This document shows, in pieces, positions 1-10,064 of a stretch of 64,000 bases of DNA. Numbering within the stretch: the stretch's first letter is position 1; every line of letters begins with the position of its first letter. The notes under the pieces are model-generated. The model made no database searches. It was not told the DNA's origin and worked only from the letters and a program-made list of their open reading frames with translations. A program made the position numbers and the translations under genes. The stretch lies in contig JBAXKZ010000005.1 in NCBI GenBank assembly GCA_037135095.1, positions 6,326 to 70,325 of the forward strand. The letters run 5' to 3'. Source of the DNA: Actinomycetes bacterium. Its GTDB lineage: Bacteria > Actinomycetota > Actinomycetes > Nanopelagicales > Nanopelagicaceae.

Positions 1-1
1 G

Positions 2-1159
2 GCGCACTTTCCAAAAGATGAGTGGGCCCTGGCTAAATTTGATGGTACCTCTTTGTATGAGCACGATGATCCCCGACTCGGTTATCACCCTGACTGGGGA
101 ACTTTGATCTTTAATTACGGCCGCAATGAGGTTCGCAACTTCCTCGTTGCCAGTGCGCTCTATTGGTTATTGGAATTTCATATTGATGGTATCCGAGTTG
201 ATGCCGTTGCCTCGATGCTCTACCTGGACTACTCCAGGAAAGCTGGCGAGTGGTTACCAAATAAATTTGGCGGCCGCGAAAACCTCGAAGCCGTGGCTTT
301 TATGCAGGAAGTCACCGCAACCGCTTATCGCGAAGCTCCTGGCATCATGATGATTGCTGAAGAGTCCACCGCTTGGGGTGGAGTTACCAAACCGACCGCC
401 GACAACGGCTTGGGCTTTGGTTTCAAATGGAACATGGGTTGGATGCACGACACTTTGGAATACATTCAACACGAGCCAATCCACCGAGCTTTTCACCACA
501 ACGAAATCACTTTTGCAATTCTCTATGCCTGGAGCGAGAACTTTTTATTGCCGCTCTCGCACGATGAGGTAGTACACGGAAAAGGATCGCTGATTGCCAA
601 AATTCCGGGCGATCGTTGGCAAAAACTCGCAACACTTCGGGCGCTTTACGGATTTATGTGGGCTCATCCAGGCAAAAAGTTGCTATTTATGGGATGCGAA
701 TTTGCCCAAAATGATGAGTGGAGCGAGTCCAGGTCGTTGGATTGGCATCTAACGGATTTTGCTGAGCATCGGGGCATTCAATTGGCAGTGAAAGATATGA
801 ACCACAGTTATGTCGCTAACTCCCCGTTGTGGCAACGCGATGTCTCCGCCGAAGGTTTTAGTTGGCTAAAGAGTGATGACAGCGCTGGAAATACTTTGGC
901 GTTCGCCCGCTGGGATGAAAACCGAGGCGCAATTATTTCGATTACAAACTTTTCCCCCGTACCTCAGGAGCGATACCTCCTCCCTATGCCAGCGGCGGGA
1001 AGATGGACTGAAATTCTGAACACTGATGATTTGAAGTATGGCGGCTCCGGTGTTATTAATTCCGAGGTTATTGCTTCGGCGGATCCGCTTCATGGCTATC
1101 CAGCTTCGGCCACTCTCAGACTTCCACCATTGGCAACAATCTGGTTGGCGCAGAAATAG
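2..1159 (+). CDS. glgB: 1,4-alpha-glucan branching enzyme, C-terminal part (5' end outside window)
   Basis: Frame is open from nt 2 ([25 protein letters not shown]). GH13 core motifs [28 protein letters not shown] and [12 protein letters not shown] are typical of GlgB. Confidence 0.93.
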   Translation, partial: AHFPKDEWALAKFDGTSLYEHDDPRLGYHPDWGTLIFNYGRNEVRNFLVASALYWLLEFHIDGIRVDAVASMLYLDYSRKAGEWLPNKFGGRENLEAVAFMQEVTATAYREAPGIMMIAEESTAWGGVTKPTADNGLGFGFKWNMGWMHDTLEYIQHEPIHRAFHHNEITFAILYAWSENFLLPLSHDEVVHGKGSLIAKIPGDRWQKLATLRALYGFMWAHPGKKLLFMGCEFAQNDEWSESRSLDWHLTDFAEHRGIQLAVKDMNHSYVANSPLWQRDVSAEGFSWLKSDDSAGNTLAFARWDENRGAIISITNFSPVPQERYLLPMPAAGRWTEILNTDDLKYGGSGVINSEVIASADPLHGYPASATLRLPPLATIWLAQK

Positions 1160-1166
1160 TCGAAAG

Positions 1167-2381
1167 TTACGCCTTTTGAATTTCGGATCGTCCTAAATTC
1201 GCAACCAACGCAACAAAAATCAACATGACGCCCGGTACGACCAGCGCCCACATAACTGAAGTTACTTGGGCTATCCACGCAATTCCTATTTTTATAATAA
1301 AGATCAATACCGTATTTACTAGCCCCAATTGAGCCACAACAACGCTGCCCGGCAGGCTGGAGCGTCGACCTGCAATTCCAAAGAAAGTGGGTCCAAAATG
1401 CGAACATCCCAAACCTGCGAAAATGAAGGCTAACAGCGTAAAGGTGTATCCCAGCCCCTTATGGCTGTGGGAAAGCCAAGTACCGAAAGTAATCAGCACG
1501 ATGAAACCAGCTCCGCCAATGAGTGGACCCCACCACATCCAAAACTTCTCCGGCTTTATCAAGAGCAATCGATGAATGGTAAAACGGCCAGAGATCATCG
1601 AAACCATAAAGGCGATATAGGCCAAAATACTGACCGCTTCACTCATGCCGATCTGTTCTTTTGCAAAAATTGTGGCCCAGTCATTACTTGCAAACTCAAT
1701 CATCAAAGCGCAAACCAATCCAAAAGTAATGATCGGTTCAAATTTAAATGCAGCCAGAATCGAAGCGGGCGAGATCGTTAGCGTCGGATCTTTGATTCTA
1801 TTTCCCTTTAGGAAATCGTTACGAAGATTTCGGACTGTTGCTTGGGTGGCTAGCCAAATAACAATCATCATTACATCAATGTGCCACGCCAGGGAAATTT
1901 GGGAGGTGATAAAGAAAGCCAGAATTGCCGTGCCCAGGGCCCCTGTACTCCAGAGACCGTGAAGTTGTGGGATTAGCACTAAGCCGGTTTGATCTTGTCG
2001 ATGTAGTGCCTGCGCATTAATCGAAATGTGGTACATAGAAAGCGCAGCTCCCGCGACAATATTTATAACCAGAAAATACCAAGCGTTATGTAAATGAGGC
2101 ATTGCCGCGACTGCCGAATACATAACGGTGGAACTCACTGCCAGAACCCTTTGAGGACCTAATCTGTGGACTATATGGCCGCCAAACATCAAACTAACCA
2201 AAGAACCTAAGCCACCTAAACTCAAAAGCGTCCCAAAAGTTCCATTTGGGATATTTAGATTTGCTTTTATTTCGGGATTTCGTGGGGCAATTGCCATGAT
2301 CCCAAGCCCAAACAATAAGAATAGTAATTGCAGGTTTCTTCGTTCAACCTTGGACATATTATTCAATGAGGTTGCGCTCAA
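1167..2381 (-). CDS. MFS-type transporter
   Basis: 404 aa, almost entirely hydrophobic, with about 12 predicted helices and a central loop. Substrate unknown. Confidence 0.75.
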   Translation of the reverse strand: MSATSLNNMSKVERRNLQLLFLLFGLGIMAIAPRNPEIKANLNIPNGTFGTLLSLGGLGSLVSLMFGGHIVHRLGPQRVLAVSSTVMYSAVAAMPHLHNAWYFLVINIVAGAALSMYHISINAQALHRQDQTGLVLIPQLHGLWSTGALGTAILAFFITSQISLAWHIDVMMIVIWLATQATVRNLRNDFLKGNRIKDPTLTISPASILAAFKFEPIITFGLVCALMIEFASNDWATIFAKEQIGMSEAVSILAYIAFMVSMISGRFTIHRLLLIKPEKFWMWWGPLIGGAGFIVLITFGTWLSHSHKGLGYTFTLLAFIFAGLGCSHFGPTFFGIAGRRSSLPGSVVVAQLGLVNTVLIFIIKIGIAWIAQVTSVMWALVVPGVMLIFVALVANLGRSEIQKA

Positions 2382-3277
2382 AATAGGGCACTGGCTAAAG
2401 CTTGACGCGCCTTGATCAGAATCGGATCTTCGGGATCTACTAAGGAAAAGAGCGCCAGCAGATGATCCTTGGCGATCTTCTTTTCTGTGGCATCGCTCTC
2501 TTTTATAAATGCAATTATGCGATCAAAAGCCAGTTGATTTTCGCCATGCATTACTTCTAGGTCAGCGGCCAAAAGGGCCAACTTCAAGCTCGAAGGTTGC
2601 GCCGCTGATTTCGCATAAATATCTTTAACATCCACACCCAGCGTGCGAATAAAGAGTTCAGTTTGAGCTAGTCCTAATTTGGCGAGCGGATCGAAGGGCG
2701 ATCTAGCCAACCAAGCTTCATATGCTGCTTTAGCCGCGGTGAAATCGCCAGCTTCAAGGGCAGCCATTGCGATCTCTTCTTCTGGTTCGGCAATGGGCTC
2801 AGCAATTTCCGTGGGGATTGGCGCGGTGCCAATTCCGCGTTCGGCAGCTAGGGTTAAAACCTTTTCGATCACCAATCTAATTTGAGCTTCAGTTGGCACA
2901 GATTCAAAGAGCGGCACCAATTGCTCTTGAATGATCGCAATTGCCAGCGGAACAGCTTGGACTTGAAGAGCTTGCCCGACAGCTGCTTCGGCATCAACAT
3001 TTACTGAACCAAATCGCCAAGGGGCTTGGCCAGTTGCAGCCTGGTCGGCGGTGTGGGCTGCTGCCATAAGTTGGAGGACTTGTTGCGATTGAGCGCTACG
3101 CGGTGACCAACAGACCAGAATTACAACTTCGCTGTTGGAAACAGCAAGAAAATCTTGCATCAAGTTTTCGGCTGTTACGGGAATACCGATGCCACCGGTT
3201 GGACTGCTCTTAGGTTGCGCCAACGCCGATAAATCCACGGCGCGAGCCAGGTTTTTCGGTAGTTGCGGCAAACTCAT
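2378..3277 (-). CDS. thioredoxin-fold / TPR co-chaperone (YbbN/CnoX-like)
   Basis: N-terminal Trx-like fold with a degenerate active site (VCWSPRS instead of WCGPC), plus a C-terminal helical TPR-like region. ATGA-type overlap with the downstream MFS gene. Confidence 0.65.
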   Translation of the reverse strand: MSLPQLPKNLARAVDLSALAQPKSSPTGGIGIPVTAENLMQDFLAVSNSEVVILVCWSPRSAQSQQVLQLMAAAHTADQAATGQAPWRFGSVNVDAEAAVGQALQVQAVPLAIAIIQEQLVPLFESVPTEAQIRLVIEKVLTLAAERGIGTAPIPTEIAEPIAEPEEEIAMAALEAGDFTAAKAAYEAWLARSPFDPLAKLGLAQTELFIRTLGVDVKDIYAKSAAQPSSLKLALLAADLEVMHGENQLAFDRIIAFIKESDATEKKIAKDHLLALFSLVDPEDPILIKARQALASALF

Positions 3278-3309
3278 GGCGCTATCTTGCCAAAGTTATT
3301 GCTAGCCAC

Positions 3310-4557
3310 CTAAACGAGTTGTGAATCCAAGGCCTCGGCCGAGTTAACTCCAGAATCCGTGCGGAAAGGCAGAATGGTTGCAACGTAATCGGCCACAGCC
3401 TTATCAGTGCCAACATCTCGACCAGCTTTTTCGCCCAGGTACCATCGATGTTCCAAGATTTCGTGGAACATTTGGGCGGGTTCAACTCGGCCGCGCAGCT
3501 CTGGCGGAATCAAATTAATTACGTAATCGAAGACTTCAGTTAGCCAGCGGCGAGCGCTCTCTTCGACCGGCGGCAACGGCTTCTTCTCACGCGATCGGAA
3601 GCGATCAAAAGAGGCGAGCAGTCGTTTTGCCTGAAGTTCCTCGGCATGGATTCCCAATATTTCAAAGAGGCGATTTTGATGATAGCCCGAAGCGACTAAT
3701 TTTGGTTGAAATTTGAGGATCCCCATCGCGCCATCGATCTGAACTTCTACCTCTTCAACGGCAAAGCCCAAATCTTGGAGCGAGCGCATGGCTCGTTCTA
3801 CTGCATGGCGGTCGGAAGGATCTAAAACCTGAGGTTCTTTGAGCATCTGCCACAATCGACGGTATCGCTTAATCACGGTGTCACTCGCCCGGACCGGATC
3901 CATGCCAGGATGAAGCAGACCTGCGCACGCCAAATCTTCTAGCTCCGCCGCAACATTGAAATGTGCGATCTCTAGATCGTGCTCTCGCTGCCCGTTGCTA
4001 AGGGATTGATGAAACTCTCCGGTTTCGGCATCTACCAGATAGGCCGAATATTCGTCGGCATCGCGGCGAAAAAGGGTATTTGAAAGGGAGCAATCACCCC
4101 ACCAAAATCCGAGCAGATGTAGTCGCACTAGGAGAAGGGCGAGCGCATTAGTCATGTTGGTTATTTCATGGGCAGTTATGGAATCGCTAAGGATTACCCG
4201 ATATGGCAATGAGAAGGGCAGGTACCTGGTGACAAGTGCGGCGGGAAGTTCCTCGCCGTTTTCATCTTTGCGGCCTTCGACGACCGCTACCGGCTCAACC
4301 GATGGGGCAAAGCGCACCGCGAGTTCACGCAAAATTGTGTACTCGCGGTTGGCGAATTCTGGAACGGTCTCTTTAACTGCATAAACTTCAGAATCCGGTG
4401 CGCTGGTGGCGTGGATTAATCGAACAATATGGCGAGAGATTCCTCGCATATCGGTCAGGGTCGGATCTTCTGGCCAATCCTCTAAGGGCGTGACCCAAGG
4501 CAGGAGCGAGCAGGCAGCGATATCTTCGCCTAGTCCTAAAATTCGTAGCCCCGTCAT
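3310..4557 (-). CDS. DUF4032-like / kinase-fold protein
   Basis: 415 aa with a kinase-like core (FWWGDCSLSNTLFRRD, YLVDAETGE), resembling actinobacterial DUF4032 (LPS-kinase-like) proteins. Assigned from memory of the family only. Confidence 0.5.
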   Translation of the reverse strand: MTGLRILGLGEDIAACSLLPWVTPLEDWPEDPTLTDMRGISRHIVRLIHATSAPDSEVYAVKETVPEFANREYTILRELAVRFAPSVEPVAVVEGRKDENGEELPAALVTRYLPFSLPYRVILSDSITAHEITNMTNALALLLVRLHLLGFWWGDCSLSNTLFRRDADEYSAYLVDAETGEFHQSLSNGQREHDLEIAHFNVAAELEDLACAGLLHPGMDPVRASDTVIKRYRRLWQMLKEPQVLDPSDRHAVERAMRSLQDLGFAVEEVEVQIDGAMGILKFQPKLVASGYHQNRLFEILGIHAEELQAKRLLASFDRFRSREKKPLPPVEESARRWLTEVFDYVINLIPPELRGRVEPAQMFHEILEHRWYLGEKAGRDVGTDKAVADYVATILPFRTDSGVNSAEALDSQLV

Positions 4558-4680
4558 AGGAGAATTCTCCCCTACTTCTTCGCGCTCGCACCTTGATTCA
4601 GGTTAACTGTGGGTGAGAAATATGGCTCGATCGTGTTACATATCTCATCTTTGCCTCGCGAACACCGATAAAATGTAAAT

Positions 4681-5796
4681 ATGGCGCTGATTAAACCTGT
4701 GAAGAAACTGAAGCGATCTACACCGGCACCCGAAGATCTTGGTTCCTCGGGACAACCGCTCGACATTTCACATCCATTTTATTTTGGTTTCCTGGCAGCT
4801 GCGGGAGCGCTAGTTTCAATCACAATGCTGCGCGCGCTAGCGTCAGCCAGCCAAGTGTTTGTCCTGATTCTGTTGTCGCTCTTTCTCGCCGCCGGTCTTA
4901 ACCCAGCTGTCGAATTGTTTCGAAGGTGGGGTCTCACCAGAACTTGGGCGGTCTCGGCCATCGTTGGGATTGTTCTGATCTTTGTAAGTCTCTTCGCCTG
5001 GGTCGTAATCCCACCAGTGGTCCATCAGGTAAATGCGCTGCTAGCAAATGCCCCGGATATCGTCTCCAATCTAAAACATAATTCTTTAATAAACCGGCTG
5101 AATGAAAATTATGGCGTAGTCGATTCGTTGCAAAAGAAAGTTTCCGAAACCATAAAGAATGGTCAATTTGTGGTCACCGCGTTTGGCGGCGTACTGGGAG
5201 TTGGTCGCGCTGTTGTTTCCGGGGCAATCGCAACATTGACGGTTTTAGTACTGACTTTGTATTTCCTTGCCTCACTGCCAAAGGTAACTACGGTTGTCTA
5301 TCGGATGGTGCCAGCTAGCCGCAGAATTCGAGTCGCTCGACTATCCGATGCGATCATCTTCCGAGTTGGTGTTTTCGTGGGTGGGCAGGCAATTGTCTCG
5401 GTTATCGCTGGCATCTTCGCCTTGATCTTGGGTTACGCAATCGGAATCCCTTACGCAACCGCAATGGCCATGCTGGTCTTTATCTGTGGCTTGATTCCAC
5501 TTATTGGTCATATATTGGGCGTAACGGTAATGACCTTGATCGCTTTTACTAAATCGCCAACCACCGCAATTATCGCTTTTGTCTTTTATGTCATCTACAT
5601 CCAAATTGAAAATTACCTAATCATGCCCCGGATCATGAAACAAACACTTGCAGTGCCTGGATTGGTAACAATCTTGGCTGCCCTGCTTGGTACCAGTTTG
5701 TTGGGATTGATCGGTGCAATTATGGCAGTTCCAATTGCGGCAGCAATTTTGCTAATTCTAGATGAAGTCGTATATCCAAAAACTGATCAATCTTAA
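4681..5796 (+). CDS. AI-2E family transporter (PerM-like permease)
   Basis: 371 aa, multi-TM, with a typical AI-2E C-terminal segment (GLIPLIGHILG ... GLIGAIMAVPIAA). Confidence 0.82.
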   Translation: MALIKPVKKLKRSTPAPEDLGSSGQPLDISHPFYFGFLAAAGALVSITMLRALASASQVFVLILLSLFLAAGLNPAVELFRRWGLTRTWAVSAIVGIVLIFVSLFAWVVIPPVVHQVNALLANAPDIVSNLKHNSLINRLNENYGVVDSLQKKVSETIKNGQFVVTAFGGVLGVGRAVVSGAIATLTVLVLTLYFLASLPKVTTVVYRMVPASRRIRVARLSDAIIFRVGVFVGGQAIVSVIAGIFALILGYAIGIPYATAMAMLVFICGLIPLIGHILGVTVMTLIAFTKSPTTAIIAFVFYVIYIQIENYLIMPRIMKQTLAVPGLVTILAALLGTSLLGLIGAIMAVPIAAAILLILDEVVYPKTDQS

Positions 5797-6522
5797 TTAC
5801 GAAATAACTTCTTCCCATTCGGTTGCAAGTGGCAATCGATCCGGCGCTAGAATATTTGTGATCTCTGAAAGTACTCGATAAACCGAAGGCTCTCCGACCC
5901 ACAGATGCTTTGCATCATTGACTGCTATTAACTTCATCTGCTTAATTACTTCGAATCTTTCCCTCGCAGCCGTTGGTCTTAAGTAATCGTCAAATTCTGG
6001 AATTAGCGCAATTATTGGCCTGCCATCGGCAGCCCAATAATCTAAATCTGATTGTTCCGAAGTGCGCAGCGGCGGACTAAGTAAGATCAAACCAACCACT
6101 CGAGGATCGCGCGCATGTTTCAGGGCTAAGTCCGTTCCAAAGCTCCAACCCACAACCCAAAGAGTCTGCGCATTTAATTCATCAAAGGCAAAATTGATTG
6201 CTGCTTGGACATCGAACTTCTCCGCGCCGCCATTATCGAAAACGCCTTCACTGGTACCCGCTTCACTTGTTGTGCCGCGAGTATTAAAACGAAGAACTTC
6301 GATTCCGGCTAAGGCCGGTAGACGATTGGCCGCCTTACGAAAGATATGGCTATCCATCATGCCGCCCGCCGTAGGCAAGGGATGCAGGCAGAGAATGGTT
6401 CCGGTTCGATCGCCAAGCGGCGCTGCGACTTCGCCGATAAGTCTCAGTCCATCAGCGGTGGTTATTGAGATAGCGCGCCTATGAGCTGGTAAAACTGTGG
6501 CGGATCTAATGGGTAAAGACAC
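5797..6522 (-). CDS. alpha/beta hydrolase
   Basis: 241 aa with a GWSFG nucleophile elbow (GxSxG). GTG start. Stop abuts the AI-2E gene stop. Confidence 0.72.
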   Translation of the reverse strand: MSLPIRSATVLPAHRRAISITTADGLRLIGEVAAPLGDRTGTILCLHPLPTAGGMMDSHIFRKAANRLPALAGIEVLRFNTRGTTSEAGTSEGVFDNGGAEKFDVQAAINFAFDELNAQTLWVVGWSFGTDLALKHARDPRVVGLILLSPPLRTSEQSDLDYWAADGRPIIALIPEFDDYLRPTAARERFEVIKQMKLIAVNDAKHLWVGEPSVYRVLSEITNILAPDRLPLATEWEEVIS

Positions 6523-6545
6523 ATGGAAGAGTTTAGTCTTATGTC

Positions 6546-8006
6546 ATGAGCTCAACTTTCATGACCCATAGCCCGATCACTGGCGAAGACCGCCACCAGT
6601 TTCCAAATTACTCATACGAAGAAGTTTTGCAAGTTGTAGCCAAAGCGAAATTGGCGACCACAGCTTGGCAGGCGCTAGGCACTTCCGGTAGAGGCGAAGT
6701 TCTCTTGGCCTGGTGTTCATTGATTACCAAGCGAATAGATGAGTTAGGTGCGCTGATCTCCGAAGAAACCGGCAAGCCGATTAGCGATGCCACTTTGGAG
6801 GCAACTTTGGCGGTTGCTCACTTAGCTTGGGCAGCGAAGAATGCAAAACGAGTATTGCGGACCCAGATTCGACCTTCGGGATTGTTGATGTTTAACATGA
6901 AGGCGACCGTAGAACGTTCCCCGGTTGGCGTCGTCGGCGTTATAGGTCCTTGGAACTATCCAATCTTCACTCCAATGGGATCAATCGCGTATTCCTTAGC
7001 GGCTGGAAATACTGTCGTCTTTAAACCCAGCGAATACACCCCTGGGGTCGGAATGTGGCTCAGTAATTCCTTTGCTGAAATCGCACCCTTTTCTAACATT
7101 TTTACTGCGGTAACGGGACTTCCCGAAACCGGAAAGGCACTCACCGAAAGTCCCGTGAACAAAATTGCTTTTACCGGCTCTACCAGAACTGCGAAGAAAG
7201 TTGCCGCATCCTGTGCGGAGCGCATGATTCCAGTTGTTCTTGAATGTGGTGGCAAAGATCCAGTAATCATCGCTGGCGATGCCGATCTCGATCGGGCTGC
7301 AGAATTCGTTCTCTGGTCAGCAATGTCGAATTCTGGACAAACCTGCATAGGAGCTGAACGCGTTTACGTCCTCGAAGACGTTGCCGATCGCTTTATCGAA
7401 AAAATCGTTGCGATGGCCAAAGAACTAAAGCCTGGAATCAATTACGGCCCGTCAACTATGCCATCTCAATTAAATGTTATTCAAAGCCATATAAATGATG
7501 CCGCAGCAAAGGGCGCAAAATTTGCCCTGGGTGGTGTTGATTCAGTTCAAGGGCCATACACAATGCCAACGATTATGCTCGATGTCCCAGAAGACTCAAC
7601 TGCAATCACCGAAGAAACCTTTGGTCCGACTTTGGCTATTAATCGGGTCAGCAATATCGATGAAGCGATCACCCTGTCCAATGCCACTTCCTACGGACTC
7701 TCTGCTTCGGTTTGGTCAAAGGGCAGTGGCAACCGAATAGCATCCAAATTGCAGTGCGGGATGGTTTCGGTCAACTCTGTTATCGCATTTGCTGCAATAG
7801 CTTCACTACCGTTCGGCGGAATCAAAGATAGCGGCTACGGCCGAATCCATGGCCCCGAAGGTCTGCTCGAATTTACCTACGCGCGCACAGTTGTTAGCAC
7901 GAGATTTAATATCCCCTTAGCCTTTACAACTTTCAAGCGAACCGCATTTGCTGACAAAATTATTAAGACTTTGACTAAATCACTTCATTCGAAGGTGGTT
8001 GGCTAA
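6546..8006 (+). CDS. NAD(P)-dependent aldehyde dehydrogenase
   Basis: 486 aa. ALDH motifs FTGSTRTAKKV, LECGGKDP and SGQTCIGAERVYV (catalytic Cys), plus EETFGP. Confidence 0.93.
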   Translation: MSSTFMTHSPITGEDRHQFPNYSYEEVLQVVAKAKLATTAWQALGTSGRGEVLLAWCSLITKRIDELGALISEETGKPISDATLEATLAVAHLAWAAKNAKRVLRTQIRPSGLLMFNMKATVERSPVGVVGVIGPWNYPIFTPMGSIAYSLAAGNTVVFKPSEYTPGVGMWLSNSFAEIAPFSNIFTAVTGLPETGKALTESPVNKIAFTGSTRTAKKVAASCAERMIPVVLECGGKDPVIIAGDADLDRAAEFVLWSAMSNSGQTCIGAERVYVLEDVADRFIEKIVAMAKELKPGINYGPSTMPSQLNVIQSHINDAAAKGAKFALGGVDSVQGPYTMPTIMLDVPEDSTAITEETFGPTLAINRVSNIDEAITLSNATSYGLSASVWSKGSGNRIASKLQCGMVSVNSVIAFAAIASLPFGGIKDSGYGRIHGPEGLLEFTYARTVVSTRFNIPLAFTTFKRTAFADKIIKTLTKSLHSKVVG

Positions 8007-8320
8007 AATCTAGGAGCATTGCGGGTTCGCTCAGTTCGAGGTCGTCGCTGCGCGCGTTTGGTCCAACATGGGGTGTGCCAGTGTCGCCGGCTCTCAATGT
8101 CCTCCTCGAGCCAAGCAACAATATGCGGGGTGGCAGTTGGGATCAGTTGATCACAGCCCGGGCAGCGATAAGGTTTGGTAGAAGTTGAGCCGGTTATCTT
8201 GCGGACTCTATAAGTGCCTTCAGTATGTTCTTCAATGGTTTCGTGTGAGGTCGCGATATCGCGCTCTTCCGGCTTTGGACCGCGCTGCTTTGGGTGATTT
8301 CTTCGAGGGCTCACCCTCAT
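8003..8320 (-). CDS. small basic zinc-ribbon-like protein (conserved hypothetical)
   Basis: 105 aa. CPGC ... HWHTPCW gives possible CCHC metal ligands, and both termini are Arg/Lys rich. 4-nt convergent overlap with the aldehyde dehydrogenase stop. Confidence 0.45.
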   Translation of the reverse strand: MRVSPRRNHPKQRGPKPEERDIATSHETIEEHTEGTYRVRKITGSTSTKPYRCPGCDQLIPTATPHIVAWLEEDIESRRHWHTPCWTKRAQRRPRTERTRNAPRF

Positions 8321-8403
8321 ATTCTCCCGCTTTCGCCCAATTTTCGCTTAATTGGGGTATTGGCAGGTGGCAAATATTCATCTTCCTAAGGCACTATGGC
8401 CCA

Positions 8404-9279
8404 ATGCAGAATGCGATTGAAGTCCGAGGCCTGCGCAAGGTCTACCCAGATAAGAAAAATGGGCCAAAAATCGCGGTTGATGGAATTGACCTCAATGTGG
8501 AAACTGGCGAGATCTTCGCAATCTTGGGGCCAAATGGCGCCGGTAAAACCACTACCGTCGAAATCCTTGAAGGCTACCGAGACCGAGATGCTGGCGAAGT
8601 CAGCGTTTTGGGTTTCGATCCAGGAGATTTGAAAGGTCAAGATCGAACTTGGCGAAATCAGATCGGAATTGTTCTGCAATCCACCAGCGATGCCGAAGAT
8701 CTTTCCGTCGCCGAAACTGTAAGCCATTTCGCTCATTACTATTCAAATCCGAAAGAGAGCGATGAAGTAATTGCCGCGGTTGGATTAACCGATAAAACAA
8801 ATGCCCGGATCCGAACACTCTCTGGGGGTCAACGGCGCAGACTCGATGTCGCCCTCGGAATAGTGGGCGGGCCAAAGATCCTTTTCTTGGATGAGCCCAC
8901 CACCGGATTTGATCCCGAAGCGCGCCGAACTTTTTGGGAGTTAATTAGAACTTTACAAACCGAAGGCACCACAATCTTGCTAACTACCCATTACCTGGAT
9001 GAAGCCGAAGCGTTAGCCAATCGGGTTGCCGTCATAAATAACGGTCAAATATTGGAAGTCGCTACTCCTGCAAATCTCGGTGGACGTATGAATGCAAAAG
9101 CCAGAGTCGCTTGGATGGCCGATGGACGACGCCAAGAGATCTTCACCGACTCGCCAACAAAAGAGGTTGCCTTATTAGCGAAAAATTTTGCTGGTGAGAT
9201 TCCAGAGCTAGTCGTATCCCGACCCAGCCTCGAGGAGATCTACTTGTCCATGATTGGCGAACAGGAGGTTTCATCGTGA
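8404..9279 (+). CDS. ABC transporter ATP-binding protein (ABC-2 exporter type)
   Basis: Walker A GPNGAGKTT, signature LSGGQRRRL, Walker B ILFLDEPTTGFD. Start moved to ATG 8404 (MQNAIEVRGL), because the 8185 extension overlaps the opposite-strand gene and is not ABC-like. Confidence 0.9.
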   Translation: MQNAIEVRGLRKVYPDKKNGPKIAVDGIDLNVETGEIFAILGPNGAGKTTTVEILEGYRDRDAGEVSVLGFDPGDLKGQDRTWRNQIGIVLQSTSDAEDLSVAETVSHFAHYYSNPKESDEVIAAVGLTDKTNARIRTLSGGQRRRLDVALGIVGGPKILFLDEPTTGFDPEARRTFWELIRTLQTEGTTILLTTHYLDEAEALANRVAVINNGQILEVATPANLGGRMNAKARVAWMADGRRQEIFTDSPTKEVALLAKNFAGEIPELVVSRPSLEEIYLSMIGEQEVSS

Positions 9280-10064
9280 AGCCCAGCGTGTTAAGAATTG
9301 GACTGCTCCGCGGTGGCTTAGAGATTAAACAATTTATGCGGCAGCGAGAATCTGTAGTCTTTACTTTGCTCTTCCCGGTTATGTTGCTCTTTATCTTTGG
9401 CTCGGTATTCAAAGACAATATCGCACCCGGAGTAACTTTCTCTCGCTATTTCGTTGCTGGAATGATCGCATCAGGATTAGTTAATACTGGATTTCAACAG
9501 TTGGCGATCACCATCCCGATGGAGCGCGATTCCGGAACTCTCAAACGGCTACGCGGCACTCCAATGTCACCAGTCTCCTACTTCATTGGAAAAGTTATTC
9601 TGGTAACCGTTTCAATGTTGGTCCAGGTTGCCATGCTCTTGGGTTTTGGTTTGGCATTCTTTGGGCTTCACCTTCCAAGTTCTGGCGAACGATGGCTCCG
9701 CTTTATTTGGCTGGTGGTGCTTGGAAGTATCTGCGCCACCGTTTTGGGAATCGCTTTCTCGAGCGTCCCAAAATCAGGTCGGGGGGCATCGGCGATCGTC
9801 TCCCCCATAGTCATTGTCCTGCAGTTCTTTAGTGGCGTCTTCTTCCTTTTCTCTAGTCTGCCAAAGTGGATGCAAGATTTTGCCGCGCTCTTCCCGCTTA
9901 AATGGCTGACTTTAGGAATGCGTTCGATTTTCTTGCCCGATAATTTTGCCATCAAAGAAGTTGCCCACTCTTGGGAGACCGGAAGAACTATCTTGGTTTT
10001 GGTAGCTTGGACAATTGCTGGAACTTTAATATCTATAAAGACTTTTAAATGGTCGGATCGTTGA
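9276..10064 (+). CDS. ABC-2 type transporter permease
   Basis: 262 aa, 6 hydrophobic segments, start overlaps the ATPase stop (GTGA). Typical ABC-2 partner. Confidence 0.85.
   Translation: MKPSVLRIGLLRGGLEIKQFMRQRESVVFTLLFPVMLLFIFGSVFKDNIAPGVTFSRYFVAGMIASGLVNTGFQQLAITIPMERDSGTLKRLRGTPMSPVSYFIGKVILVTVSMLVQVAMLLGFGLAFFGLHLPSSGERWLRFIWLVVLGSICATVLGIAFSSVPKSGRGASAIVSPIVIVLQFFSGVFFLFSSLPKWMQDFAALFPLKWLTLGMRSIFLPDNFAIKEVAHSWETGRTILVLVAWTIAGTLISIKTFKWSDR

Noticed and set aside
4559-4570. Perfect 12-bp palindrome GGAGAATTCTCC next to the DUF4032 start
   Set aside because: It contains the GGAGA ribosome-binding site of the minus-strand gene and an EcoRI-type hexamer. It is short enough to arise by chance and has no second copy.
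8185-8403. N-terminal 73-codon extension of the ABC ATPase ORF
   Set aside because: The extension overlaps the opposite-strand zinc-ribbon ORF and has no ABC-like sequence. The canonical N-terminus (MQNAIEVRGLRKVY) begins at 8404.
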